Source: a virus
Lineage: Duplodnaviria; Caudoviricetes
Direction: 5' to 3' (one strand)
Virus record (IMG/VR): IMGVR_UViG_3300021255_000131
Coordinates: 47,049-111,048 of that record
Length of the DNA stretch: 64,000 nt
Shown here: one piece after another, positions 1 through 9,296 of the stretch
How positions within the stretch are numbered: the first letter of the stretch is position 1
How the letters are laid out: each line of letters begins with the position of its first letter
The notes under the pieces: model-generated
Databases searched by the model: none
Told to the model about the DNA's origin: nothing
The model's input: only the letters and a program-made list of their open reading frames with translations
Position numbers and translations under genes: made by a program

Positions 1-890
1 AAGCCTTCTTTTCCCCAGCAGATCAGGATCTCGTTGGCATCCTTGCAGTTGCGGCCATAGTCTTTCCCGTTGAAGACGGCCTGCGGATATTCCGCAGGAA
101 TCATGCAGCGATCTTCACCCAAACGGGACATGAGCGTGGTCATCATATTGATGCCAGGCTCGTCCATGTCGCCGAACAGGATGATCTGCTGAAACTTTTC
201 AAGCCAGTTCCAGCAAGTATCGACCCACTCCATGTTATTGCAGCCACATGGCACGGAGACGGCATTGGTGACGCCGGCTTCGTACAGGGACAGAGCGTCA
301 ATCTCACCCTCGGTGATGATCAGCGGCTTGTGGAAGGACACGAGATCCATGCCGAACAGGATGGGCTGCGTGTTGGCCATCTGCCATTCCTTGCCCATCT
401 TGGACGTTGCCTTATCGAACGCCTTGGGCTCACGGTACTTGACGTAGATCAGCTTGTCATCCCGATAGAACGGGAACACGATGTTGCCGTTCGCGTCGCA
501 GCCGACTTTATAGGCGGCCAGCGTTTCAGGGCTGAGCTTGCGCTGACCCAGATAGTTAAGCGCTGTTTCGGTCAGAGGCAGCACATCTTCCGGATTCGGA
601 CGGGCGTACAGCTTCTTGCCTTTTGCGCCGCCGAAGCTTACGGAGATCGTTTCAGGAGCTTCTTCACCGAAATAGTTGCACAGCTCACGGAAAGAGCCGG
701 ACTTGCCGCACTGGCCGCGCTTGCAGTTGAACGCGCCGTTGTACAGTCCGACGGCGAACGTATCCTGATCCCGGGAGTCGCCGCCTTCGCAGAACGGGCA
801 GTATTTCGGGATCAATTCGCCGTTGCGGATCTTATAGGAACCAAAGTGCTTGGTGGCCATCGCTTTGACGGCGTCACTGATATTTTCCAT
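1..890 (-). CDS. Primase-helicase (T7 gp4/Twinkle-like), N-terminal Zn-binding + TOPRIM part; runs off the window edge
   Basis: Manual translation from ATG at 890: MENISDAVK...CPFCEGG...FNCKRGQCG (Zn finger) and IITEGEIDALS...LFGDMDEPG...CKDANEIL (TOPRIM). Absent from the ORF track because it is truncated. Confidence 0.85.
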   Translation of the reverse strand, partial: MENISDAVKAMATKHFGSYKIRNGELIPKYCPFCEGGDSRDQDTFAVGLYNGAFNCKRGQCGKSGSFRELCNYFGEEAPETISVSFGGAKGKKLYARPNPEDVLPLTETALNYLGQRKLSPETLAAYKVGCDANGNIVFPFYRDDKLIYVKYREPKAFDKATSKMGKEWQMANTQPILFGMDLVSFHKPLIITEGEIDALSLYEAGVTNAVSVPCGCNNMEWVDTCWNWLEKFQQIILFGDMDEPGINMMTTLMSRLGEDRCMIPAEYPQAVFNGKDYGRNCKDANEILICWGKEG

Positions 891-959
891 ACAATAAACT
901 ACCTTCTTCTTTCTTTTATTTTCGTCAGCCGAATGTTTTCGTCGAGCTTAATATGGTTT

Positions 960-1295
960 TGTCCGCCCCTGAGAGGGCGGAACAAACAAACATAAGCAGA
1001 AACGTTTTTGTTTCAATAGAAATAAGCGCGAGTGACAGAGGGATAAGACGAAAGACCGCTCCTTACGTGACACGCCTAATGTTAAATGCTGTAAAGCGCC
1101 AGGTGTTACGCGTAAGACGACCAATATAACAAACGATCCCAGATGGTGGAACCCATTTGCCTAAACTTGTTGTCAACAAGAGCGAATTGAACGTTTCCCG
1201 TGCGCCGCGCGAAGCGGAATACAGAAAGCGTTGAACACGCGGATAAAAACGTTTGCTGTTCATATTCATCTGTTCAGCCTTCTCAGGGGCGGACA
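960..1295. ncRNA. ~335-nt intergenic element closed by a 25-bp inverted repeat (structured RNA or MITE-like element)
   Basis: 960-984 TGTCCGCCCCTGAGAGGGCGGAACA versus reverse complement of 1271-1295 TGTCCGCCCCTGAGAAGGCTGAACA (2 differences); internal stems such as CTTACG-TGACAC/GTGTTA-CGTAAG. Confidence 0.45.
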
Positions 1296-1301
1296 GTTAA
1301 A

Positions 1302-1919
1302 TCAACTGAGTATACCTGCCGACGCTGCGGCAGTCAGACAGGAATCATTGACGCTGAAGGCCGGATCAAAGTTGACTTCTACGTCAATCAGGATCCGATC
1401 AATCTCGGCGGAACGTTCGTCCGCCTGGTCCATCAGCTTTTTCGAGGCTTCGGCAGCGACCTTCGGATCAAGCACGGGCGTCTTTTTGACGACGACCGGA
1501 TACAGATACTGAGACGCGCCTGTATCGTTGATGAATGTACCGGTGCTGGTTGTGCGTTGCTCCGACTCCTTCAGTCCTGCGAGCTGGCGGAACTTGAGCC
1601 CGATGGCCCGCATCTCTCGCGCTGTATCGAGCGTGCTCTTATAGCCGGCGGCGTTCATAGCCATCGACGCGTCAATTGCCTGAGAGACCGCCGCGTACTC
1701 TTGCAGGAGTACGCGGATGAACTCAAACGCCTGGGCGGCGTTGAAGCCGGTTCTCGATGGGACAGACGCGTCGATCAGCTCGTCCTTTTCAGCGGGGACG
1801 ACAGAGTGCTTCAGGTGCGCTTCAGTTGTCTTGTACTTGCCCTGATCGTCAAAGAGGAGCAGTTCGCTGATCCACTCTCCGAGTTGGCTTTTATAACGGA
1901 ATGCGTCTTTGAGCTTCAT
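1302..1919 (-). CDS. Hypothetical helical protein (205 aa)
   Basis: ORF with AAGGAG RBS, in operon downstream of ssb. Confidence 0.75.
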   Translation of the reverse strand: MKLKDAFRYKSQLGEWISELLLFDDQGKYKTTEAHLKHSVVPAEKDELIDASVPSRTGFNAAQAFEFIRVLLQEYAAVSQAIDASMAMNAAGYKSTLDTAREMRAIGLKFRQLAGLKESEQRTTSTGTFINDTGASQYLYPVVVKKTPVLDPKVAAEASKKLMDQADERSAEIDRILIDVEVNFDPAFSVNDSCLTAAASAGILS

Positions 1920-1928
1920 AAACGCTCC

Positions 1929-2327
1929 TTAGGCGCCGAACGGATCATCGTCGACGGGCATCGGGGCGGCCGCGGGCGAACGGGCTTCAGCGCCCTTAGC
2001 CTTGGCTGTGATCTTGACCTTGAACGCGTCAACGCGCAGGCGCACGCGCTTCTGGTTGTCCTTCTGGCTGACATATTCGACCATCGACAGATCGCCGACA
2101 ACCTGCACAGCCGTACCCTTTTCGGCGTGCTGCACGAAAGCTTCGCCGCGCGGACCCCAGAGAGAGACGTCGTAGAAGTTTGTATCGAAGGTGCCATCGG
2201 GTTTCTTGACGGCGGTCGAGACGGCGACGGTAAAGGCCGCCACCTTCGATTTGGTTGCGCCGACTTCCTTCAGTTCGGGATCACGGACGAGGTTGCCATG
2301 GATGACGACAGTTGCATCATTTGCCAT
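1929..2327 (-). CDS. ssb: Single-stranded DNA-binding protein
   Basis: GNLVRDPEL, FTVAV, KGTAVQVVGDL OB-fold motifs; acidic tail DDDPFGA. Confidence 0.93.
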   Translation of the reverse strand: MANDATVVIHGNLVRDPELKEVGATKSKVAAFTVAVSTAVKKPDGTFDTNFYDVSLWGPRGEAFVQHAEKGTAVQVVGDLSMVEYVSQKDNQKRVRLRVDAFKVKITAKAKGAEARSPAAAPMPVDDDPFGA

Positions 2328-2385
2328 AATTGTTTTCTCCTTTTTCGTTGGCTGATTTGTTTTTGAGAAGGGACCATTCTCTTCT

Positions 2386-2415
2386 CATATATATCCATTC
2401 TTGAATGTCGACATG
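2386..2415 (-). promoter_or_regulatory. Phage-specific promoter-like motif B (CATGTCGACATTCAAGAATGGATATATATG), copy 1
   Basis: Near-identical copies at 15993, 26198 and 61752, all intergenic; this copy is upstream of ssb. Confidence 0.7.
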
Positions 2416-2416
2416 C

Positions 2417-3088
2417 TTATGCCGCTTCAAGCTTGGCTAACAGGTCTGCAAGTTTCTCCGCGTCGGTGCACTTGAGATAGTTGGACATGCCGAGCACCGG
2501 CTCTACCTTTTCAACGGCGAACTTGCGCTTTTCATCCGGAGACATGGAACGGATGAGCGTTTTGATTTTCGAGTCTACCTTGTTGAGAACGACGGCGAGA
2601 TCGGCCTTTTGCTGCCTGGTCGCGTCGTCCTCTTCCGGCAAATCTTCGCCGGCGTAGATATACAAGCCGAGGCCGTGACGCGCAATAGCCTTGGTCAGCG
2701 AACGCTGAATGGCCTTATTGACCTGCATGGAGGTAACGGCGTCGGCCGGAATCGAAGCATTCTTGAAGTCCATGACGGGCAGTTCTTCGATATACTCCTG
2801 AACGTAATCGCCGTCGACCACGGTGACGCCGGTCTTGACCCAGCATGTGCGGCCATCGGTGAAGTAGTTCCAGTCATCCTTGTTGTGGTAAACGGTATAG
2901 TAGGACAGGGGATAGCGCTTTTTCAGCTCCGCCCAGGCCCAGGCCCAGCTCAGATAGGTCAGACCGTTCTTCTTTTCCGTGTGTTTGGTAACGTCGATTT
3001 GGTTTAAGACGCTGAATACGGACTGTACTTTGGCTTCCGCGGCCGCCGCTTCGGGCGCGGCGGCCTCCGCTTTCTTGACGGGAGGCAT
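2417..3088 (-). CDS. Sak3/DUF1071-like single-strand annealing protein
   Basis: EKKNGLTYLSWAWAWAELKK and NKAIQRSLTKAIARHGLGLYIYAGEDLP signatures; adjacent to ssb. Confidence 0.88.
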   Translation of the reverse strand: MPPVKKAEAAAPEAAAAEAKVQSVFSVLNQIDVTKHTEKKNGLTYLSWAWAWAELKKRYPLSYYTVYHNKDDWNYFTDGRTCWVKTGVTVVDGDYVQEYIEELPVMDFKNASIPADAVTSMQVNKAIQRSLTKAIARHGLGLYIYAGEDLPEEDDATRQQKADLAVVLNKVDSKIKTLIRSMSPDEKRKFAVEKVEPVLGMSNYLKCTDAEKLADLLAKLEAA

Positions 3089-3105
3089 TGAAACACTCCT
3101 TTCTT

Positions 3106-3609
3106 TTATTGATGTAGTTTGGGTTTAGCATTGGACGACGTGAGATGATAGAAATGATCATCCCGCGTCAGGATCTCTGACATCAGAGGTTTCTTTTCCC
3201 AGAAAGCTTTGAGCCTGGCGAAGCCCTGGTCGGCCACCCTGCCAATATCCGGATCGGGCACGCGCTTGATGAAGAGCGCGGGCCCTGTCTGATAGCCGGA
3301 AATATCGCACGGGAACCAGAACAGTCCGCCTTCCGGGTAGTATTTGCGCATCTTCTTGTTCTTGCGCCGGCCTGTTTGATACATCGTATCCCGCGTGCGG
3401 TAGCAGGAGAGAAAATCGATCATCTCCTCATGCCCGGTCAGCGTGGTGACAAGGACCTTCGGCATGGCGCCCAAGGTATTGTCCGGCTGAACGACGCGCC
3501 AGGGGGCGCGGCTTTCCGCCGTGCCCCTGGTTTTGCAGAGCACGTAAGAGGGAACGATGTTGCCTTTGCGCATATCCGTTTTCTTTACAATGGCGAGGTA
3601 GTAATACAT
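3106..3609 (-). CDS. Hypothetical protein (167 aa)
   Basis: ORF with AGGAGG RBS overlapping the end of the RNAP gene. Confidence 0.7.
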   Translation of the reverse strand: MYYYLAIVKKTDMRKGNIVPSYVLCKTRGTAESRAPWRVVQPDNTLGAMPKVLVTTLTGHEEMIDFLSCYRTRDTMYQTGRRKNKKMRKYYPEGGLFWFPCDISGYQTGPALFIKRVPDPDIGRVADQGFARLKAFWEKKPLMSEILTRDDHFYHLTSSNAKPKLHQ

Positions 3610-6404
3610 ACTTCCTCCTTGCGGCGCAGACGTTCTTTGACTTTGCTGGCGCGTTTAACAAGCTTCCTGTGCTTCGCCTGGCATTCCGGGCAGCGCTTTT
3701 GCCGACCATTGAGCCGGTGGCACCACTTGCCGCACTCGACACAGGTGAAGAACCCTTTGACTGCGGCGGAACAGCCGTGCTCTTCCGTCCAGACGGGCAG
3801 CTTTATGCCGCAGTGAACGCAGGTAACGCAAGTCATGAGATTCAGCTTGAGATTGCGTAATGCAATGTCTCCAAACACACGCCAGAACATTTGCTTATGC
3901 GCGGCTTTATCTTTTCCGTCGCCGACGAACAGGGTGTACGCGATGGACGGATACGCGGCTTCAATGCTGCCGCACAGCTCAGTGAGCTTATCTGTAATCA
4001 GTTCTTTGAGCGCCTCATAGCCGAAGGCGTTGTACATTTCCATAACGTCCATCATGGACGCTCCGTCAATTCTGGATTGCAGATTGCTGTCATCGAGCCG
4101 GGAAAAAAGTTCAACGGCTTCTGTGTTGATCTCCGTGACCGGAGCTTCCAGAAACATCTCGCCGTTGAAGGGTGGAACGCCTACTGCGTTTAAGTTGATG
4201 TTGCCGATATTATCAAATAAAGCGCAAAGCCTGTTCATGGTAGAATTGTTGGCTTTCGCGCACTGCTTCTTCTTTTTCGTCGTGTCTGCATGGCGGCCGT
4301 TCTTGGAGAACTGGAACCAGTAAGGCATCTTACCGTTCGGGCCGCCGATTGCTTTATTGATTTTCGCAGAGACTTCCGGATAATTGGTATAACCGTTGAC
4401 GGAACCTGTTTTGGCCCCGTCGATCGTGAGATTGTTGAAGTAACACAAAAGCGCGGCAGACTGTAAATCAGGATGCGGTCTGTTCCAAAGCCTGGTCAGG
4501 GCGTTTGAAATCTGGCCGATGCCACTGTAGTCATGCGCGCGCTTGACCCCGTGAAACAATGTTTCAAGGGAAATCTGTTCGGACGCGGCCTTGGTCGCGT
4601 CATAGAACAGGGGAACGATATCATACTCTTGAATGTTTCGCTTGGCGTTGTCGATCAGAATACGGTCTGAGACAACGTTGAGCTGATCTCCGTCTACATC
4701 GAACTGAAGAATTCTTGATATCAGATCATGACAGCTGGTGTAAATGCCGTTCGTGTAAAACCACGAGGCGATTTCCGGATCGTGATTGACGGTGCGAATC
4801 GCATGCTCGTTGAAAAGATGCGGACTCCTTAGAACATCTACCTCGTCTACATCCCTGAACGGACGGGCAAAGACTTCGCCGTTTTTCAACAAACCTTCCG
4901 GCTCCTTCTGACCGAGAAACCAGTATTGGCAAGCGGCATACAGATCCGGAATGGCAAACAGGCGTTTGTTTTTACAGCGTATTTTGCCGGACTTGGCGTC
5001 GAGCGTCCAACGCTTTTTGATTGCCTTCAAAGACTCTCTGGAATAAGCTTCGCGCAACAGCTCCGGATATAAAGTAAGCGCCTGACGATACGGGACTTCC
5101 GAATAATCGTCGGCGCCGAGCGCGTGAAGCATGTGTTCCCGGTCGTTCGAGAGGCTTTTGATCCGATCGTAGGTAGGCCTGACAAACTCCTTCAGCTCAT
5201 TCTGTGGAAAATTTTGAAGCGTTTGAATGAACTGATAGTTGAGCTCGCTGTTGCCAATGTACGCCTCTTCCATGTTGGTGCGGCCAAATGTACAGCCGCA
5301 GGTCTTGAAGAAGGATTTGTACTCATCCCAGCTGTCGTAGTACTTCCACAGCTTGAGTTGTGACTTGGTGAAGACGACCTGTATGTCTTCCGCGCGGAGA
5401 TCGTGCATCTGACCCCAGACGTCTTTCAGCTTTGCCTCGCAGCCGTTTTCCTCGCAGAAGCGTAGAAAATTAAAACTGCACAATAGGCCCTTTAAAAATG
5501 GACCTCGTATCATGAAATTCCATCTGGATACAGAAGGCAGCATCATGCCCGCGCCGTCACAATGGTTGATAACGACGGTCCGTTCGCCGCGCTCGATGGT
5601 GTAATCCGGACTGATATAATCCATCAGGCCGGTGACGGGAGCTTCAAAGTCGTCCACGACGATGCAGCGGTCAATATCGAGCGGGTAAGGATCCGTTGCC
5701 GAGCATGGCAGGGCCAAATACGCCATGAGCTTACTCGTATTAATTCCACCCCGTTCGTTGATGCGCTCCCAGCTGAGGCCGCACATAATGCGCGGCTCGA
5801 TTCTTGACCAGGCGTCGTCTGAGAGAAACTGCACCTTGTCCGTTCTGAGCTGGCCGGCCGAAGCCGTAGAAAAGCGATAGCGTTTGACGGAAACGGAGCC
5901 ATCCTCGTTCAGCACAGACATATTAAAACCCTGAAGGATGATCTGTCTTAAGATATCTTCTGATTTCCACTTGATGATAATCTTGTCGAAGGTGATGTCG
6001 TTTTCGTTCAGGCCGAGGGCGCGGGTTTCTTCTGATACGAACTCGGCGATGCGGCGGTTGGGTTTGAGCGTTTTCCACGTGACGCCCGGCGGGCGTTCTG
6101 GAAGCGTTGGATCGAGGACGGCGCTGAGATTCACCGTCCGGGGGACATGCTCGTGCGAAGCGATGAGCTTGGCGAGAGCGTTTTGCTGTACACGTTTTTC
6201 ATTGACGATTTCCTGACGGTTAGGTACGGTATCATTCAGCATGCGTTTCAAACGGGCGATGTTGAAGAAAATCACGCGCTCCTCGTCAGTCAGCAGATCG
6301 TACGTAGAGAAACTTGCGAGGCGGATTTGACTGCTCAGATAAGATTTGTTACTCGTGAAACCACCTCTTTTGAAAAGTAAAGCGGCATGTGCCGCTGGGT
6401 GCAT
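3585..6404 (-). CDS. Single-subunit two-barrel DNA-dependent RNA polymerase (YonO-like), RNAP-1; true start uncertain, possibly ~6356
   Basis: SAGQLRT, HCDGAGM...FMIRGPFLKG, VLRSPHL, catalytic QFDVDGD (4686-4700), C-terminal CxxC Zn ribbons. Confidence 0.88.
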   Translation of the reverse strand: MHPAAHAALLFKRGGFTSNKSYLSSQIRLASFSTYDLLTDEERVIFFNIARLKRMLNDTVPNRQEIVNEKRVQQNALAKLIASHEHVPRTVNLSAVLDPTLPERPPGVTWKTLKPNRRIAEFVSEETRALGLNENDITFDKIIIKWKSEDILRQIILQGFNMSVLNEDGSVSVKRYRFSTASAGQLRTDKVQFLSDDAWSRIEPRIMCGLSWERINERGGINTSKLMAYLALPCSATDPYPLDIDRCIVVDDFEAPVTGLMDYISPDYTIERGERTVVINHCDGAGMMLPSVSRWNFMIRGPFLKGLLCSFNFLRFCEENGCEAKLKDVWGQMHDLRAEDIQVVFTKSQLKLWKYYDSWDEYKSFFKTCGCTFGRTNMEEAYIGNSELNYQFIQTLQNFPQNELKEFVRPTYDRIKSLSNDREHMLHALGADDYSEVPYRQALTLYPELLREAYSRESLKAIKKRWTLDAKSGKIRCKNKRLFAIPDLYAACQYWFLGQKEPEGLLKNGEVFARPFRDVDEVDVLRSPHLFNEHAIRTVNHDPEIASWFYTNGIYTSCHDLISRILQFDVDGDQLNVVSDRILIDNAKRNIQEYDIVPLFYDATKAASEQISLETLFHGVKRAHDYSGIGQISNALTRLWNRPHPDLQSAALLCYFNNLTIDGAKTGSVNGYTNYPEVSAKINKAIGGPNGKMPYWFQFSKNGRHADTTKKKKQCAKANNSTMNRLCALFDNIGNINLNAVGVPPFNGEMFLEAPVTEINTEAVELFSRLDDSNLQSRIDGASMMDVMEMYNAFGYEALKELITDKLTELCGSIEAAYPSIAYTLFVGDGKDKAAHKQMFWRVFGDIALRNLKLNLMTCVTCVHCGIKLPVWTEEHGCSAAVKGFFTCVECGKWCHRLNGRQKRCPECQAKHRKLVKRASKVKERLRRKEEVCITTSPL

Positions 6405-6435
6405 CCGCGCTGACTTTTGCGCGGATGTAGGAAAT

Positions 6436-6633
6436 ATTGAAAACCGGAGGCATCGTCTCTAAGTTGTTCTACTCCGAGGATCGTTTCGGCGGTGGCTGCC
6501 ACCAGGCGTAGCCTTGGTGGCAGCCTGAGCCGAAACGAGCCGAGAAATCGTAATTTAAGACGAAGCTCCTGATGACATCAAGAGTGCTAAACCCGCAGGT
6601 AAAGCCAGTGCACGATGCCTCCGGTTGTTCAAT
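6436..6633 (-). ncRNA. Retron-like msr/msd ncRNA located downstream of the RT gene
   Basis: Perfect 15-bp a1/a2-like inverted repeat (6442-6456 / 6612-6626, extendable to ~21 bp with one bulge); G at 6611 (minus strand) right after the 5' arm; two short msr-like stem-loops; 58-nt msd-like hairpin at 6481-6538. Confidence 0.75.
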
Positions 6634-7784
6634 CAGTTTGCATAACGCAATGCTTGTTTAATCATTACGTTTTTGTCGTACCACCAGATGTGAAACTTCC
6701 CTTTGGTATGATCGAACACATGCTTGGTGAATTCTGGTTCGATATAGCTGTAGTAGCTCCAGCGGCCGATGAAAGATTTGACCCAATCTTTTGACAGCGT
6801 TCCGCGGAAATTCTTGACGAAGTTGTACATATCCGCTTTGAAGAGCCGTTTCACCTGATGGCCGATGGTGATCTTGTGATCGGCGTTCAGCATGTAGCCG
6901 AGATTCCAGTTCGCGCCTTTGATGCTGCCATATCTGGTCTTTTTGCTGTTCAGTTTATAAGGATAGCCCAGCCTGAACAGGAGACCAAGGACATCGTGGT
7001 GGATGATGTATTGTTTGACGTGGCTGAAGTCGCCATAGCCTGAGATCAGACAATCGTCCGCGTAGCGGGTGTAGACATAGCCCGATCCCAGGACCCTGGT
7101 CAGCTCATAATCAAATGGGATCATGATCAGATTGGTGAGCATGGGGGAAAGCGTTGTGCCCTGCGGCAAACCGCCACGCAGGAACGCGTAGCTCAACGCC
7201 TTTTCGAGCTTTGCTTTTCTGGCCGGATCCTGCATAAATGTATTGAACGGCCAAATTGCGCCCAGAATATTCATGACTGTCGCGAGCGAAGTCGAGCCAA
7301 AGAAATCATGAAAATCGGTCTTCAGGAAGTAACTGCTGTTCTGATGCCGCTGGATGCACTTGTAGGTGTTGCGATAGCGGACGTAAGCGTAGGCCGCGCT
7401 GTGATACAGCGCGAAGAACCGCCTGCGGAGAATTTTCTCGATTTCTTCATGAACTTTTCTGAGCTCAGGCTTGGGATCATCGATGGGCCTGACGCCGCCG
7501 GAACGCTTTGGGATGGTGTAATGCTTGTACCAGCTTTCCGGATCGCCGGTGACGGTTTTCTCCGCCAGATCGATCACGGCGTCGAGCGCGGTCTCGGCCG
7601 CTTCCGCGTCAAAAAGGTAGGAGAATTCCTGCGGGACGGTGTTGGTTTTGATTGTTTTCGTCGCTGCGGAGCCGTACATGAAGTTGCTTTCAGCGCCCGG
7701 AATCTCAGGATCAGTGTCCATCAGAAGAGACATGTATATTTGTTCTTCGTTTGTTTTGCCAAAGAGGCGCCGCGTAATGTACAT
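6633..7784 (-). CDS. Retron-type reverse transcriptase (383 aa)
   Basis: YTIPKRSGGVRPIDDP, AYAY, KTDFHDFF, LPQGTTLSPMLTN, YTRYADD, LNSKKT; region 7 reads WNLG instead of VTG. Confidence 0.9.
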   Translation of the reverse strand: MYITRRLFGKTNEEQIYMSLLMDTDPEIPGAESNFMYGSAATKTIKTNTVPQEFSYLFDAEAAETALDAVIDLAEKTVTGDPESWYKHYTIPKRSGGVRPIDDPKPELRKVHEEIEKILRRRFFALYHSAAYAYVRYRNTYKCIQRHQNSSYFLKTDFHDFFGSTSLATVMNILGAIWPFNTFMQDPARKAKLEKALSYAFLRGGLPQGTTLSPMLTNLIMIPFDYELTRVLGSGYVYTRYADDCLISGYGDFSHVKQYIIHHDVLGLLFRLGYPYKLNSKKTRYGSIKGANWNLGYMLNADHKITIGHQVKRLFKADMYNFVKNFRGTLSKDWVKSFIGRWSYYSYIEPEFTKHVFDHTKGKFHIWWYDKNVMIKQALRYAN

Positions 7785-7794
7785 TTTAACTCCT

Positions 7795-8466
7795 TTACAG
7801 GGCGAGAACGTCCCAGGTTTCCGTATTGATCAGGATGGTTTTCTTGATGGTTTTCTTCTTGACGAAGTCAAGAAAGTTGACGACGCCGCAGGTGACGATC
7901 ATACGAACGGTGGCGGCGACGCCCAGTGTGACGCGGCACGCGGACATCGGCGTCTCCTGTGCCGCTTCCTCATGCGTGAATTGCATTGAAGCGATGAACG
8001 CTTCTTTCTGCTTTTCATTAGACCAGTCCGCCGCGTAATGCTGCGCGTCGGTCAGGCGTGTTCTGAAATCGAACATAGCCTTGATGAACGGATTGCTCTT
8101 GTTCTCTTCAGCAATCTTACGGCGCAGCTCGATATTATCAACGCAGAGGAAGACATAGCCGCTCAGCTTCTGATTGGTGTAGCCTTTGTCCGCGACGCGC
8201 AGAGATTCCGCGATTTCCGGGTTAATGGCCACAAGATGATCAGCCAGGGCTGTCACCTTTTCTTTGCCGATGTCCGCCGAAGTAAACATCTGGTTAACGA
8301 TGTTCTTGGGCTCAACGTAATCGAAATCATAGAGCGTGATGTCCTTGAGCCCGTAACGAACAAGCAGCTCCGCAAGCGTAGAGCCTACGGAGCCGCAGCC
8401 GATGATATGGATACGGCCTTCCGCCATGGAAGGCTGAAAGAAGTCATAGCTTTTCGACAGATCCAT
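7795..8466 (-). CDS. ThiF/E1-like adenylating enzyme
   Basis: IIGCGSVGS nucleotide-binding loop, DFDYVEPKNIVNQ, CVDNIELR, candidate catalytic Cys in TPMSAC. Confidence 0.9.
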   Translation of the reverse strand: MDLSKSYDFFQPSMAEGRIHIIGCGSVGSTLAELLVRYGLKDITLYDFDYVEPKNIVNQMFTSADIGKEKVTALADHLVAINPEIAESLRVADKGYTNQKLSGYVFLCVDNIELRRKIAEENKSNPFIKAMFDFRTRLTDAQHYAADWSNEKQKEAFIASMQFTHEEAAQETPMSACRVTLGVAATVRMIVTCGVVNFLDFVKKKTIKKTILINTETWDVLAL

Positions 8467-9296
8467 TACGAATAACTCCTTCCGTACGGATAGCCGCGAC
8501 CGTAAGGCGCCGTGCCATCGTCAAAAAGATCGTCGTAATCTTCGTACGGGTCCTCAGCGGCCTTTTTTTGCTTTTCCTTTTCCTTTTTCTCTTTCTTTCC
8601 GCCGTTGATAACCGTACCTGTAAAGACCGTTTTTTTAACCCTGGCCTGCGCGGCCTGAATGAAACTCGTTTTGGTGTAGGTGTTGTCCGTGCCGCCGTAG
8701 TCGAACACGATGGAGAGATCGATATCCTTCGTTTCATACATGACGTTGTTCGGGATATCGTAGATAGCGCTGCTGATTTCACCCTTCTTGTTCCAGATCT
8801 GGAAAATCCAGGCTTTATCAGGATCAGACGCCTTCATCAGATTCGCTCGGTGCGTCATATCGGTCGAGGAAGGGAACACGGCCATATTGACATGACTGTG
8901 ACCGTGAAAGAACATATGATCCGCCTGGTCCTGTGTGAGATGCTGCAGGAACATCGGGTAGCTGTTTTCGCCCTCGTAGACGGTGTTGACGGTCGTGCCG
9001 GTCACCTCCTGATCGTACACGAGGACGTCGTAGACGAGCCAGGTTCTGTCGCTGGTCTTGCGTACCAGGGCGTGCCAGCCGACCTCAGAATCGAATTTCT
9101 GAACGAGCAGCAGCATCTTGATGTACGCTTCCGCGGAATATGAGATGGTGGCGCGTTCTTCCGGCAGCGCGTCGCGGGACGCGAAGCTACGGGTGAAGGT
9201 GAAGTGTCCGTCGGACAGACGAGCCGTCTCGAGCTCCTTCAGGAACTCCTGTCTCATTTTCTCTTTATCGGCTTCGGTAATTGTAATCGGTTTCAT
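8466..9296 (-). CDS. JAB/MPN+ metallopeptidase (deubiquitinase-like)
   Basis: SEVGWH ... FHGHSHVNMAVFPSSTD fits the JAMM motif E..HxH(x7)SxxD. Confidence 0.85.
   Translation of the reverse strand: MKPITITEADKEKMRQEFLKELETARLSDGHFTFTRSFASRDALPEERATISYSAEAYIKMLLLVQKFDSEVGWHALVRKTSDRTWLVYDVLVYDQEVTGTTVNTVYEGENSYPMFLQHLTQDQADHMFFHGHSHVNMAVFPSSTDMTHRANLMKASDPDKAWIFQIWNKKGEISSAIYDIPNNVMYETKDIDLSIVFDYGGTDNTYTKTSFIQAAQARVKKTVFTGTVINGGKKEKKEKEKQKKAAEDPYEDYDDLFDDGTAPYGRGYPYGRSYS

Noticed and set aside
1042-1058. GATAAGACGAAAGACC resembling the 23S rRNA peptidyl-transferase segment
   Set aside because: Short match only; the surrounding sequence shows no rRNA similarity.
330-2366. Long plus-strand ORFs 330-995 and 1200-2366, and similar shadow ORFs such as 21931-22794 and 33145-34107
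   Set aside because: They are antisense shadows of well-supported genes, with no RBS or recognisable motifs.
6633-7784. RT as part of a diversity-generating retroelement or group II intron
   Set aside because: It has LPQG..SP instead of the DGR-type SQ motif; no Avd gene or TR/VR pair differing at adenines was seen; there is no maturase domain or intron domain V/VI; the flanking RNA is retron-like.
7795-8466. ThiF gene as thiamine/molybdopterin biosynthesis or microcin maturation
   Set aside because: No ThiS/ThiG/MoaE or precursor peptide/exporter nearby; the JAB, E2-like and Ubl context fits protein conjugation better.
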